The position numbers and the translations under genes are program-made. From the NCBI GenBank assembly GCA_051362555.1, contig CM120642.1, positions 31,992,001 through 32,056,000 of the forward strand: DNA of 64,000 nucleotides. The letters are read 5' to 3'. Below are positions 1-12,700 of the stretch, piece after piece. Below the pieces are notes generated by a model. That model was not told the origin of the DNA. It worked only from the letters and a program-made list of their open reading frames with translations, and did no database searches. The stretch comes from Lingula anatina. Lineage: Eukaryota; Animalia; Brachiopoda. The number at the start of each line of letters is the position of its first letter. Within the stretch, counting starts at the first letter, position 1.

Positions 1-138
1 ATCTCACAAACAGTATTTCCAAAACAAGGATACTTATTGAATAACACTGCAGTAGACTCAACACATCGTAGAACCACTGAAACATTAATCAGACAGCAAA
101 GAGTCGAGACAAGTACTTATAACAAATTCACAACTCAC

Positions 139-1268
139 GCCAGCCTGACTCCATCCCTGAGGTCCTTGGACAGCTTGGTGACGGCAAAATCAAACTCGTC
201 CAGGGCAGTTTGAGCGTGTGTGATCTGACAGCCCAGGTAACCAAGGTGACGGATGATGTCACCCTCGCCACGGAGATAGTCCCTGGAGAACTGCAAGAGG
301 AGGTCGCGGCTGGCCTGGAAAGATGAATGACAGAAAATACCTTGAGTAAGTGGTGCAAGTATGCTGTTACATGAGAAGGAGGGACTAAACTGCACTGAGT
401 AAAAATCTGCTACTGACGTAACAGTCGGTGCCAAATACTTATTTGGCTGCAGGCCTTTGAAGAGAACAGGGTTTGAAAACATACAAGCCCAAAACACAAA
501 CAGTCTCTAGTAAAGGAATAAAATTACAAAAATTATTTTTCTTGCATTTGCTGTCAGACCAGTGGCTGACATTGCTGACAGATTATCTATGAAAGGCTCC
601 GGAGGCAAGCAGGTGATAACACATTTAATGTCACTGATTTTTAGAGAAAAGTAACCATCATATCTGACAAGATGGTGCAAACATTACATGGACAAGTCAT
701 TTTACCATTATAATATCAAAACAAAAATGAGTCGACATTTATTTTCAGCCATTCAGTTGTAGACTTACCTTGAATTCAGAGTCCTTACAAAACAAGCAGG
801 GGTCGTGCTCAATGAGTCTGGCTCTCTTAGCGGTGTCCAGGAAGAAGACCAGGACCAGGAACTTCTTCAAGGTGAACTGGGCCAGGGCCTCATCATAGCC
901 TGGAAACAAGATAAAACGGTACACAAAATTCCCTAATTTGTCCTTTATCTAAAAAACTTTTCTGAAATTTTCTGCCTCTTCTCTGACTGGGAAAAAAAGA
1001 GTGTGGAGGTTACTTACCGTCTCTATACAGATGTGGAACAGTGGGATGGGAGTACTTGGCTGCAATATCTGGGTTGCCAAGCAACCGGGTCAAGATGAAC
1101 CTGGACATGCCCAATACATCGTGGTTCGACTGCAGCGGCAGGATCTCCCCATAGGTAGTCTGTTCAAATACATACAGTGAGGCATAAAGTTAATCACACT
1201 GTTTATAGTGTCAAGTTCTTTACAGTATGAGCCAATTGTATTTATATTGCAGACATGAGCCTAAGTTT

Positions 1269-1310
<42 letters not shown>

Positions 1311-4300
1311 TCTGAACATTTATCATGGGACCCAACACCTAACCTTCACGAATCTCAGGAACCATCAGATTTGAATTTAAAAATTCCTTTTTTCCAGAAT
1401 GCTGAATATTCGTCTGATATTGCATGCAAGCATGAAATATGAATCACAATCTAGAACGTTAAACCCAAATAATGCCCACAGAATTGTGTGTGAAGAACAA
1501 CTTCATAATAACTAGTACCTTTAAAAAAAAGAGTTTGGAAAATGTAAGAGTCAGGGGGAGAGAAGAGGAGTGCAGCTCTTTTATGAGCTTTATGGGGTCA
1601 GGGGATATAAATACGACACTCAAATATCTGTAAAACTTGTGTATCTCTACTAGGTGCACAGCTCACCTCCAGTCCTATCCTCAGCCATAGTGGGTTGTAG
1701 GAGAGAATCATGTCAAGGACAACTTGTTTTATACCTGAAACAATATCAACACATGGTTTTCTTTTACTTTTAAAAATACTATCAAGGGTTATAGATATAT
1801 ACCAAAAAAGACGGTCATCATTCAAGGATCTCAATATTGCACATGCTTAGTGCAACACTTAGTGGTCAAGATTAAAATGTGCATTTTGTTATCAAACTAT
1901 ACTTGTATATCATTTGGATGAATGGTGTCTTTTGGCATCAATGACATACATCAAGAAGTATAAATTGCAGTAAGTCAGCTCATACCTACACATACTCAGA
2001 CATTCAATACACTCACCAAGATCTGCATGCAGCTTCCGATCTTTCCTGACAGCAAGATGACCCGTTTCTATCTCCGCCTCGATCTTCCTAACACCCATCA
2101 CAAATGTCTCAGACTGGAACAGCAAGCAGGCAGTTCTCCTCAAGCGATTGAGGCGCCTCCTGGCAGAGTACGCCCTCAGGGAGAGGATTTCTTTGGTTGG
2201 GGCCAGTTTGTTCACTGTGACTGAGGTCACACACAGGGAGCCAGCATCAACTGAACACAGGGGAAAAATGATTGAATTAGTGTTAATTTTATCAATGTTG
2301 CCCTGCTATGAGAAATTGACTTCTCAAGAATAGATAAAAAATATTTTTTCAGTTGTGAGTTTGACTTTGTGAATTACTATATGAAAAAATAATCAGATTG
2401 CACTTTTCAAGACCCAATTCTTTAAACATCTAGAAAAATCTCCACAACTATCAAATTGACATCTAACAAGAGAAGATCAGTTTTGTGTTAAGTAGGGAAG
2501 ATAGTTGCTGACATCAATTCTTACCTTTGCCAGGTTTCCTTCCATCCCCAACATCCTCCTCTGGCGTTAGGATAAAGTTCAGCCACCTCTCAAAGCCCTT
2601 CTCTTGCTTCTCTATCCACCTTTCGTCATAGTACATGTTCTTAGACGCAAACGGCATCGGGTGTCTTGGGATGGCTGCAAACAGAAGCACAGGTAACTTG
2701 AATGAATGTTTAACTTGGTCTTATTTCTTACATAATTTTTTAAAACTTAAAATTAGGTCTGAGAGAACTGACAAAAGCATGCAGCGTACACTTCAGAGAA
2801 GCCTGGTCAGTGAACTGCTTTAACGGAACTTAAAGGGAACTGCCGTGTATGATTGTTTGGTTTTTTAAAATGTAGCAGTATAAGTCTGTGACAGGAGCCT
2901 AATTGCCAGGTTATATGTAACAGTATATAAGGTTATATGTAAGTACCCGTTTTGTTTGCCGTCTTCATTAGCACCAGTTTTGATGGAGCCAGACCCTTCA
3001 CAGGTCTCTTGGTCTTCTTGGCATCTTTGAAAGATTTTGCTTTTTTGGCAGACACTGCACAATGAAGAAGTTGAACAATTTAAACACGGTAAGAAGTCTT
3101 GGCTTTTGCCATTAAGTCCAGAGCAAGCATCACAATATTTTAAAAAGATTTATTGATCTATTTTTATCGTTATTCAAAGTGCATGTGGAGTTTTAAGTGT
3201 TACATGTAAGACGCAGAATTACCAGAGCTGGACTTTCTCTATATAAATCAAATCTACATCTGCCAGCCAGACTACTCACCAGCCTTCCTGAGCTGCTCAG
3301 TTCTTGTAGGTTTTCTCTCAGTGGACAAGATGGACTTCACAGGTGTGACCGGTGCCACAGCTTGAGCTCCACTGGACTCCGCAATGTCCTTGTTGAGGGA
3401 AGTCACAGAATCACTTGGCTTCACCTTCTTCTGCGCGCCTACTGCAGCTTTCCTGGCTTCACTCTGGCTGCGCGTCGCGCTGTGTGTTCTCTTCTTTTTG
3501 GCTGCTGCAGACACCGTCATGGCTCTGGACAGGTGCCCCTGGTTGCTGGATGACACAGTTTTTAATTGTGGCTTTTGTAACTTTGTTTGTGGATCGTTTG
3601 GTTTGGATTGAACCGTAGCTTTATTTTGAAGGTCAGTTTTCTTCTTCGGGGAGATTTCCACAGAGTGCACACCTTCATTAGGCACTTCTTTCTCTTGGTC
3701 ACTTTCTTCCTGTACCTCATCAAGATGGCTATCTGCAGTGGATGCAGCATGAGGTGGAACTTGTGCAGCAGCTGCCTTACCCCTGGCTGTGCTGGTCACA
3801 GCACCATCCACTGTCCAGGTGGTTCTCCTGGGACTCTGGCCATACTCCTCTGGCAGGGCTCTGGGGCTGGTATGGGGGAAGGGATGCTTAAAGACAAGAA
3901 CCAATGGTACCTGGGCCTCCTTTGGTGGTGTTGAGGGCAGAGCAGGAGACAAAACAGGAGAGTTTGCTGACTGAATCCGTCTCATTTCTTGCTCTTTCTG
4001 GACTGTCCATGTGGTTCGTCGAGGACTTTGTCCTAGGGCCTCAGGAATGTCCCTGAATAATTCTTTCTTCCCTTTACATAGCAGTGCTGCCTTGTCCTGC
4101 TCACCTGTCTTCGTCTTGGTGACAGTCAGTGTGCTAAGTCTCCTGGGATCAGGGACATCAGGTGTGGCACTGACTGGGTCCATCTGGCTCCTGGGAACAA
4201 CAACGTTTGTGTCCTCATTGGTAGGTTTGACCTTGGTCACTGTGTCTGAGATCAATCTCTTGGGGACGATCCTTGGCGTGCTGGACAGCCTCTGCTTCAG

Positions 4301-7258
4301 CTCCGTCTTCACAGTCTCTAGCTGCTGCACCAGGACATCGTGAGGGATGGACTTGTCAAACAACTCTCCTGGACTGTGCTGTAATGTGGCCTGGGGCTGG
4401 GGCACAGTGTAGGTCTCCTGCAGGAAGGAGTTAGGAGACACATGAACTACATGGTCTGTTTCCCTACCGAGTGGTGTCTGTACCTCCACAGCAATCTCCC
4501 TTGTCAGGGGCTGGGTCTTCTTGCAGGAATTCTGCAGGAACGAATTGGGGGTCACTTTCATGTCTGTCTTGGTGCCCATGTTGAGGGGCGTGTTCAAGTT
4601 GGGCTCGTCTGGAGACAGCTGGGGTCGGGAGGACCCCTGGAGGAAGGAGTCAGGACTGAGGTAGCCCACCTTGGAGGGCGTGTCCTCCATGTATGCCCTC
4701 TTCATCTTCAGGTAGTCTGCCGGGGGAGTGTCCAGGTACAGAGGGGTTTTGGTTTCACTGACCTGCTTTTCTACAGCTTCATAGACCTCCAGCCCTGGAG
4801 CTGCTGTTTGGTCTCGGCTTGGACAGTCCTGTGGCACCACCTTCAGTTCTGTTTGTACAGCTGCTATTTGAGCAGTTTTCTGCTGGGCTCCATACTCATC
4901 TTCTGTCAGTTCATTGATCTTCGTAAAGGTCAGTGATCTACGCATATTTTTTGGTGTTCTAGGCAGTAAGGCGGTAAAATCAAAATCAGACACTTCACCA
5001 CAAGTGTAGGTTGCATTGTCATTTTCTGCTCTGTCACTGTTGTCTTCTCTGGTCACTTCTGGTGTGTGGGTTTTGTTCTGGATTCGTACAATTTCTGGTG
5101 TGCGCGTAACGTTGCAATCTGTCTTCAATTCTGGAGAAGTAAGGGCAGTAGCCTGTGGTGCCGTGGTTTTCTCTGGCGTACCAGTCCTGTTCTGCACTCT
5201 ACTCACTTCGGGTGTACTTGCAGTTCCAGTCTCTCTACTCACTTCAGGTGTACATGCAATTCCAGTCTCTCTGGTCACATGGGTGGTGTTCTGGACTCTG
5301 TTGTGGTCTGGAGAGTGGGTAGTGGTCTGAGCCCTGGTCACTGTGTTCTTAGACTTGGTGACCTCACGGAGGACTTTCCCATCAGGAGTGGACACTGTGA
5401 CGATGGTCTCTGTTATAACACTGTCCACTATGACGTCAACTTCAGAGTACTTGGCATGACCATCTGATGTTTTGTGGTAGGTAGGTTCTTCCAGTGACCC
5501 TTCAGAATGGACAGGATCCCCTGTATGGCCCTCATTTGGCAGGTTTTCCTTGGTTTCTGCACCTGCCTCCAATTTTGTGATGGCAGGTACAGCTGCCTGC
5601 TTGTTCTCTGTATCAGAGAGGTCCACTGAATTTTGGTCGTAGCTAATCTTCAGTGCAGCTTTGGCAATCTTTTCCTGCTGTTTCCCCGAGGAAGTCCTCT
5701 CTGGCTCTGTGTTGGGGATGTTCTTGGACTGCAGAACAGTGAAAGGTTTACTTTTACTGCCCCAATGTTTTCTGACCTGAAACAGAACATTTTCAACAGG
5801 TCAGTACAGCATAGCTTGCCCAACATAACAACAAATGACCTTTTACGCGATTCAAAATACTGTCATATTTCGTATTCTATTTATCATGAAGTGTTTCTGT
5901 TCATCTTAATTTAATGTGGAAGATAAAGCAAACAGCATCATGAAACATTCATGACATATGAATTATGAAGGATTAGATATATTGGAAGCCACAGTTTAAG
6001 TAATTATACAAACAGTACTATTTAAACATTTGTCACATGCAAAGAATAAAGAAATGATTATGGATTTAAGAAAAAGGTAAGAATAAATGGATAGGGGGCC
6101 TTATGAATGAGGGCTTGGGGGCTGTTTAAGAATTAGGAAAAAAAAATTCATTTAATATTTTTAAAAAATCATGTCTGAGGAGGTCTTTCATACCCTCTTA
6201 GGCTGAGGAGGGGCCAGCGCTGTGCCATAGACGATGGTTGTCAGTCTGTATGCATCATCGACATGAAACTGAATCATCTGGCGGCAGTTGCCTTCTTCTG
6301 CAGGCTCCCACACTATCTCGAGGCAGAGGTCACTCTTGGCGGCCACTGTGAACTCCACCATGTCTATACTGAAGTTCTTCTTGAAAGGGAATTTCTCGAC
6401 TACCACATCTTGGTCGTAGTCGTGAGGGTTACGAACCAAGAGTTGTCGCTTTCTTGTCTTCTGCAACTTCACCTGAACAAAATAGAATAACAAAACATAA
6501 AAGGGAGTAAAAGTGATTTAATATTAAATAATCAATATAAATAATAAATAAATTTATTTAAATAATATAAAATCTGGGGTAGCGCTAACACTCGCCAATT
6601 TAGCCAAATGCTAAAACTGACATAAATTGGCTAAACAAAAAGGGCTTGATTTAACTTGTTTTAGTCAAATTATTATAACCATTTGGATAACAAATTAACA
6701 AAACAGTGGTGATTTGGCTAAGCAAAAAATAAATTGCTAGTGCTACCCCAGAAAATATTTAATTTCTTGCTTGTCCCTTTGATCAGTATTCCTATGTGAT
6801 GATTTTAGTAGGATTACTTTTTCTTTTCATAAATATTTAACAGCCAAATAAAAATAATAAAAATTCTTGTAAAAAAAAATAATGCTTACTTATCCTCCCT
6901 CAGTCATTAAAACAGCTGAAGTTTTAGCATCCATTGGGTAATTCAAAGTTGTCAAAGTTCAAAGATGACTAACATCAAGCTTTTAAAAGTAGAAAATAAT
7001 TCAAACCTTTCCAAAGTCTATCCTGGGTGGCTTGGTAAAGTGCGTCAACAGCAGCACCTCCACGTCTGGGGGTGCTGGCTTTGGGTCATTCTCATCTGCC
7101 AACTTCACCGGAGGTGTGTTGGTCATGAACCATGATCTCCGCCCCTTTTTCTTGGTAGGGTTAACATTTTCATCAGCTGGTATGGTGGGTGTGGTCAGTA
7201 AGGGCTGGTCAGTATTCAGGACGGTTGGCGCCAACAAACTGGAAGGGTCAGCTGCCAT
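139..7258 (-). CDS. ASPM: Abnormal spindle-like microcephaly-associated protein (Asp/ASPM), 5' part; gene continues past the left edge
   Basis: Frame-consistent GT-AG exons in transcript order: 7007-7258 (ATG 7258), 6194-6472, 3280-5776, 2947-3054, 2525-2674, 2017-2250, 1667-1734, 1018-1159, 769-899, 139-314. They encode an ASH domain ([18 protein letters not shown]...[19 protein letters not shown]), a long S/T-P-rich region, the hallmark [49 protein letters not shown], and the start of the CH domain ([20 protein letters not shown]). A probable non-coding first exon ends at 8077 (minus-strand GTAAGT donor at 8071-8076). Confidence 0.96.
1270..1308. repeat. Poly-A tract (A39) in an ASPM intron
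   Basis: Homopolymer run; similar runs at 18052-18088 and about 22417-22442. Confidence 0.9.
6573..6752. mobile_element. Small degenerate MITE-like element in an ASPM intron
   Basis: Terminal inverted repeats TCTGGGGTAGCGCTA / TAGTGCTACCCCAGA, with internal TTAGCCAAAT/ATTTGGCTAA inverted sub-repeats. Confidence 0.5.
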
Positions 7259-8099
7259 TGTGACCTGAAACTTGAAATATATGATACTGATGTATGATTG
7301 ACGGTAGCTACTGCATGGCTAAGGTGTAAAAAAAATCATGTACTACTACACGATTTTGGGAGTTGGCATCAAGCAACAGCAGCAGGTAGTGGCCTCATTT
7401 TTCAGCTTGTCAAATACCATACTTTTTTTTTACATTTTTGTAAAAGTTTAAAGTGAGTAAAAGACAAATAAATGGTTAAGTACTAGTATGGCAACTTTAT
7501 TAAATTTGTTTAAAATACATCACTGACTTTGATCTCATTCTTTATCTTTATTACTATCATTATTTTATTTATTTTCATTACGATTTACGTCTGGTCTTCT
7601 CTTAAACTGCCATGCAACATGTCATGTCTATGTATATTTGAATAATTAAAACGTACAAATATATACATATCTATAATGTATGCAAATTTAGAAGACTATC
7701 AGTTCTAATTAACGGATCACTACACAGGTGCTGTATCCTCGAATAATTTAATATGGTTTTGAAACCGATCAAAAAAGCCAGGACAAAGGCACTTTTTAAT
7801 ATGTCGGCTATGTTGAAACGTTCTTTTGTCTAATATATCTGACACTTTAACTAATAAAACCCTTCTCTACTACTCTGAGAAACGATAATTATGGCATCAA
7901 ACTAAATATGTGACAAAATCGTAGAATTGGAATATTATTTGCATTGGCTTTCATAAGGCCAGAAAACATAAAGGTTTATCAGATCTAAGCTGTGTGTTGA
8001 GTAATTAAGTGACATATTGCAAAATATTCATCGAAATGTATTCCCTCTACATACAAACATGTTTAAAACAACTTACTTTCACTCCTGCTCAGGAAACTC

Positions 8100-8280
8100 T
8101 ACCAACATATCATGTTTTCAAGTTGAATTTGGAACGTTTCCACATGTAACCAATCAGACACCGTGTTGTAAAACAAAGAACCAATCAAAATGCTTTTAAC
8201 AATTGGCCTTTTAAATTTCAACCGGAAGTTGAAACCGGAAGTTTATGTGTGTCATGTGATCGGGTCAAAATGGTGGATTG
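8100..8280. promoter_or_regulatory. Bidirectional promoter shared by ASPM and the CTR2-like gene
   Basis: CCAAT at 8150-8154 and 8181-8185 (31 bp apart); ATTGG at 8202-8206; CHR-like CTTGAA on the minus strand at 8117-8122; tandem ETS ACCGGAAGT at 8221-8229 and 8234-8242; M-box/CLEAR-like GTCATGTGAT at 8251-8260. The cluster lies between the divergent first exons. Confidence 0.65.
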
Positions 8281-8372
8281 AAGTCTGTGTTTTTAACGCT
8301 CTCAGAAATTCAGCATTTTTCTGCAATTCCACAGAATGCAAAGCCTTTAAGTCGCCATCTGATGTGTTCAAA

Positions 8373-9727
8373 ATGATGGGAATGGTATGTAAAACTTAAA
8401 ACTTTTAGCATTCACCTTTCAACGCCGTAATCGTCTTTAAATTAGTAAAGTAACTTCCCTCATAAAGACGAGTCCACCAAGGCAATGCGATTACATCTGT
8501 CAGACTAAAATATGCGCAAAACGCCGCGATACACAAGCAAAAAAAAATTAACGAGTCCAGTCGCAAATAAAGAAAATATCTTATAAAAGCGAATCATAAT
8601 TACTAGCTAATTATTACCGTTGATACAACTTGAGTCCACACGATGTTGGCATGTGCCTATCTGTTAAGTTGTTTCAACGATTTTAGTTACCTGGTTATAT
8701 ATTTCGCTTTTATATCACCATATTTATTGGGAATTACCATTTCCTGTGTTGACTTGCCACCTATAAGTGTAACTGTATTGCGCTCTATTAGGGCGTATTG
8801 TGCATTTAAATGGGATCACAAAATTGAAGTGAAGGGGATCACAAAATTTTTGACTTAGGCTCATCTTTCATAAGGACGCAAGTATCAGAACATCATGTTA
8901 TGTATAGAGTTATTGATACATTATGTGCACGTTTTCTTAATCTGTTTCAGTACTTTGAATTTAAGGACAGTTTACACAACTTCCTTATATATGGATGGAA
9001 CACATCTACCCTAAGTAGTAAGTACAGTAAAGCCTAGCCAGAGCCTAGTTTTTTCTGTTTTATTCAGTTTCATGTAAATGTCGAAGACATTTTTTGAAAA
9101 CTGTTATATTTTTTTTAATGTGCTTAAGTTGGCACACACATTCTTGCAACATCAAACCAAAAACTGTATTAAACAATTATGACGGCCCACTTTTAGCAAA
9201 ATGAAAATTGCATTTTCAGAAGTGCTGATTAGCAGTTTTCCTCAAATGTGCCATACACTCCAATACAGCACAACACTGTAAAACTGAAAAAAAAAAAAAA
9301 ATGAAAAAAATTTTAAAAAAACCTGCCACAAGTATAATGAATATGATTCAAATTGTCCACCATGTTGGCAAGTTTCTTTTCTTGGCAATATGGTGGGTGA
9401 CCCAGTGTAATGCATTGTGTTGCACTGTATTGTGTCATATTGCACATTTTAAGGAGACCCATAAATCACTTGCCTTAGTGCTGACGGGAATTTATTATAT
9501 TATTTTATTTATTTTAGTGTTTTTCCAAATGTTTAGCAGGATACATTTATTGACTCAAAATTATTGACATTGATTATATGAAAAAAAGAAAGTAATTTGA
9601 GAACCTCCTTTGGACTAGAATAAGACTAAATTTAAAACTAAATTTTGTATACTTTTTTTTTTTGCATTTGTTAAGAAAAGGAATTTGTTTTATCAATTTA
9701 TTTGCTTTGTTCTTGTTTTCCTCACAT

Positions 9728-9783
<56 letters not shown>

Positions 9784-12700
9784 TTTATTATGCAAGATTT
9801 GTTATGACATAGATATCACAGATATGGCAAAAGGAAAGGTTTATTTTTGAATATATCATTTTCATCCTAAAAAATTAGTTAAAGGTATAAGTACTATAAG
9901 TGTTTGAACATGCCTCAAAGTCCTCTTTGTATGTTGTTATATCCTGTAAAGCTACTTATCTTTCGAAGTTCAGACCTTAAAATTACAAAACTCCTCAAAT
10001 ATAAGTTAATAATGAGTTAATGTTAGAATAAATTTTCCTTTCTCTCTCTCTCAAAAAAAAAAAAAAAATTAAATTTGGCATGAAAATCCTATATAGAGAA
10101 TACCTTTTATTTAAGATTTCTTTAATTCCAGCATTTTTCTCTTTCCTTGTTCTTCCAGTGTGCTTCTTATACAAAAGCAAAGTATTCAATACATTTCATT
10201 TGATTATTTCAGCATTTAACATTTAATGAATATTTTCCTCATTCAGGTTTCCTGGTAATTATTGCAGTGTGTTTTGCCCTGGCACTATTAATAGAAGGAG
10301 GAAGAGCATTACATTCAATCCTTTCTCACAGGGCAAACTTAAGCCCACTTGTTTATGCAAAAACTAGCAGAAATGTTGCAGAGACCACACCGTTACTTCG
10401 TTCACTTATTATTCCCACCAATGTTGACCAGATTGTAAAAAGAAAGTAAGAAAAATAGTGTTTATGTATTTTAGACTTTTTACATTGCACTGTCTAACAT
10501 CTATAGCAGATCATTCAGTGTTGTGTTTCAACCCTAACACATCGTAGATTATCCACAGATAAAATTTCACTGAAGTGGAATTAGTGATTGACCTTTAACC
10601 AGTGCTTTTTTAAATAATTTTCCAACAGTTTTGATCATCATTTTTTTTTTTTTTTTTGCTTTTGCTTGCTTTGATAATTTTTATTACTTGGTTTATGGAT
10701 AATATTCAGGTAAATTTATTCCTTGATTGATGTTTAAAAGTCCATAAACTTGAGTAACTGATTTTCAAAGCCGTGATTGTTTAGCTTACAAAGCTTCTCA
10801 CTTCCTCTGTTGTTTGCATCTTATTTTTCAACTTATTCCTATCACATTCATTTTATGGCATTTTATTGTTAGAGGGGTTTCATTGACTGTGTTTATTTAT
10901 AACTCTCCAAACTGTCAAGGCATCCAACTTCAATGGAACCGATTGTTTGATGAGGTTTAAATCCAGTGATACTTGTATCTGTCCAGGGCCCTTCAAAAGA
11001 GAGGAAGGACCTCGCCAATATCATAATTCCCTGATGACACAAAATGCTGTTATGAATACCTGAATAGATATACCACTGTTTTTTTTTATTCAAAATAGGT
11101 ATGGGAAATTACTTTCAGAAAAAAAGTATGCTGATGGATAAGCCTTACAGTAGATTCTACTCTGTCTCTCATTAGGTTTTTTCTTTTTTTTAATTGTTGC
11201 TATCTTTAAAGGTTTTGTAGGCACCATCTTCATTTTCTTCTTTGCTGCCATGATGTTGGAGGGAATTATGGGAATGTTGGCTAGTCTTAGAGATAGGAGT
11301 AAGGTGTTACCAGCATCTGTCAAAGAAAGGTTGCTTGAACCCATCAGTGAAAATTCTCCTCTCATTGGCAAAAGCAAGTCCTTAACTGAATCTGGGGAAA
11401 AACTTATTAAACAGAAAAAGTAAGGAACTATCCTGGACCCGTGCTTTATTAATTGTTTTGAAAACCTCACACTTACAAACATTAACCCTTATCCTATTTT
11501 CCACCCTGCTCTCGTAGCTGACAATTGACTCTTGGCTGATTTACACAGCTTGAGTTAATTGTCAGTTTTAACTTTACATCTGACTATTGATTGGGACGTC
11601 TTGATAGTCCGAAGGTTCTTTGGTCCAAAAAATCATCACATTTTCATCAATTTTTTTTCAAGGGTTCATTGGTCTGAAGGTTCTTTCTATAGTGAACATT
11701 TGGACCAATGAACCTTTTGACTATTGAACTTTTGGACTATTGCTACGACCCCCTTTTGATACTTTAACTCTGAAAGTCCTTATTTTAGATGCACAAATCT
11801 GTCATTTTTGGTTTATAGTTTCTTTTTTAAAGTACTACTTGACCTTTGCTAACAGCAGCATGTGAAATTTTTTTCATTTGATAAAGATGACTTCACATTT
11901 GCTTATTATGCTGGTTTACCATCGATTTGATGATTAATAACAATTTGATGCATAAACTAAAATTAAACTTATGTCACCCAGCAACAAAACTAACTAATAG
12001 GAATAGCATCCCTCTCTATAGCAACATAGCTATAATGCAAAATGGTAAGGTGAAAATATTCATATTGTATGTAACGCTTGTGGCGTTAGGTAACTGTAAT
12101 GTTGTTACCCTACAAAGATTTTAAAAAGTTTCTTGGCATGCTCACTTCAAAAATAATTGTCATTGTAAAAGTTAAATGTTCCTTTGTTTTCAAAAATGAA
12201 TTTTTAAATAATTTAGGAACAGTGTGGCATTTAAAAAACTGCACTGTGGTATTGACAAAATTTTGTTTGACAGAAATGATTGCATAAGATAAAAATCATA
12301 CATGTACTGGGTATACTGAGTATTTGAAATTATTGGATAATTTAAACTTCACTTAAGAATTCATATTTGTATGTAACGTGAATTTTCAATCACATTTGGT
12401 ACATGATATTAAAACTTCAGGATAAAGTATCATATTGGGATGTCCTTGCTGCATGTGGCCAAAGTGGTGGTAGCCTATGTGGTCATGCTGGCGGTCATGT
12501 CTTATAATGCATGGGTGTTTGTTACTGTGGTTATAGGTAAGTGGACAAGACTAGGACAGTGGCTTAGCTGTCTGGCAGGCCTACTGAAGCTGCTAAACAA
12601 TAATTAATTACCCACTATCAGCTTCAGTGAGCATGACAGACATCTAAGCGGCTTAAGTTGATAGCAATTTAGCGAGAATCTCCATGGAGAAAAATCGATC

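Noticed and set aside
3197-5914. Many plus-strand ORFs of 60-164 aa
   Set aside because: Antisense to the 2.5-kb ASPM coding exon.
10446-11211. Possible separate first and second exons for 3B, i.e. a nested duplicate CTR gene
   Set aside because: I found no exon-2-like (YF...GW) open segment with suitable splice sites; candidates after AGs near 10558 and 10872 hit stops. Mutually exclusive splicing is the simpler model.
11090-11482. 130-aa minus-strand ORF
   Set aside because: Antisense shadow of the plus-strand CTR exon 3B with no recognisable protein features.
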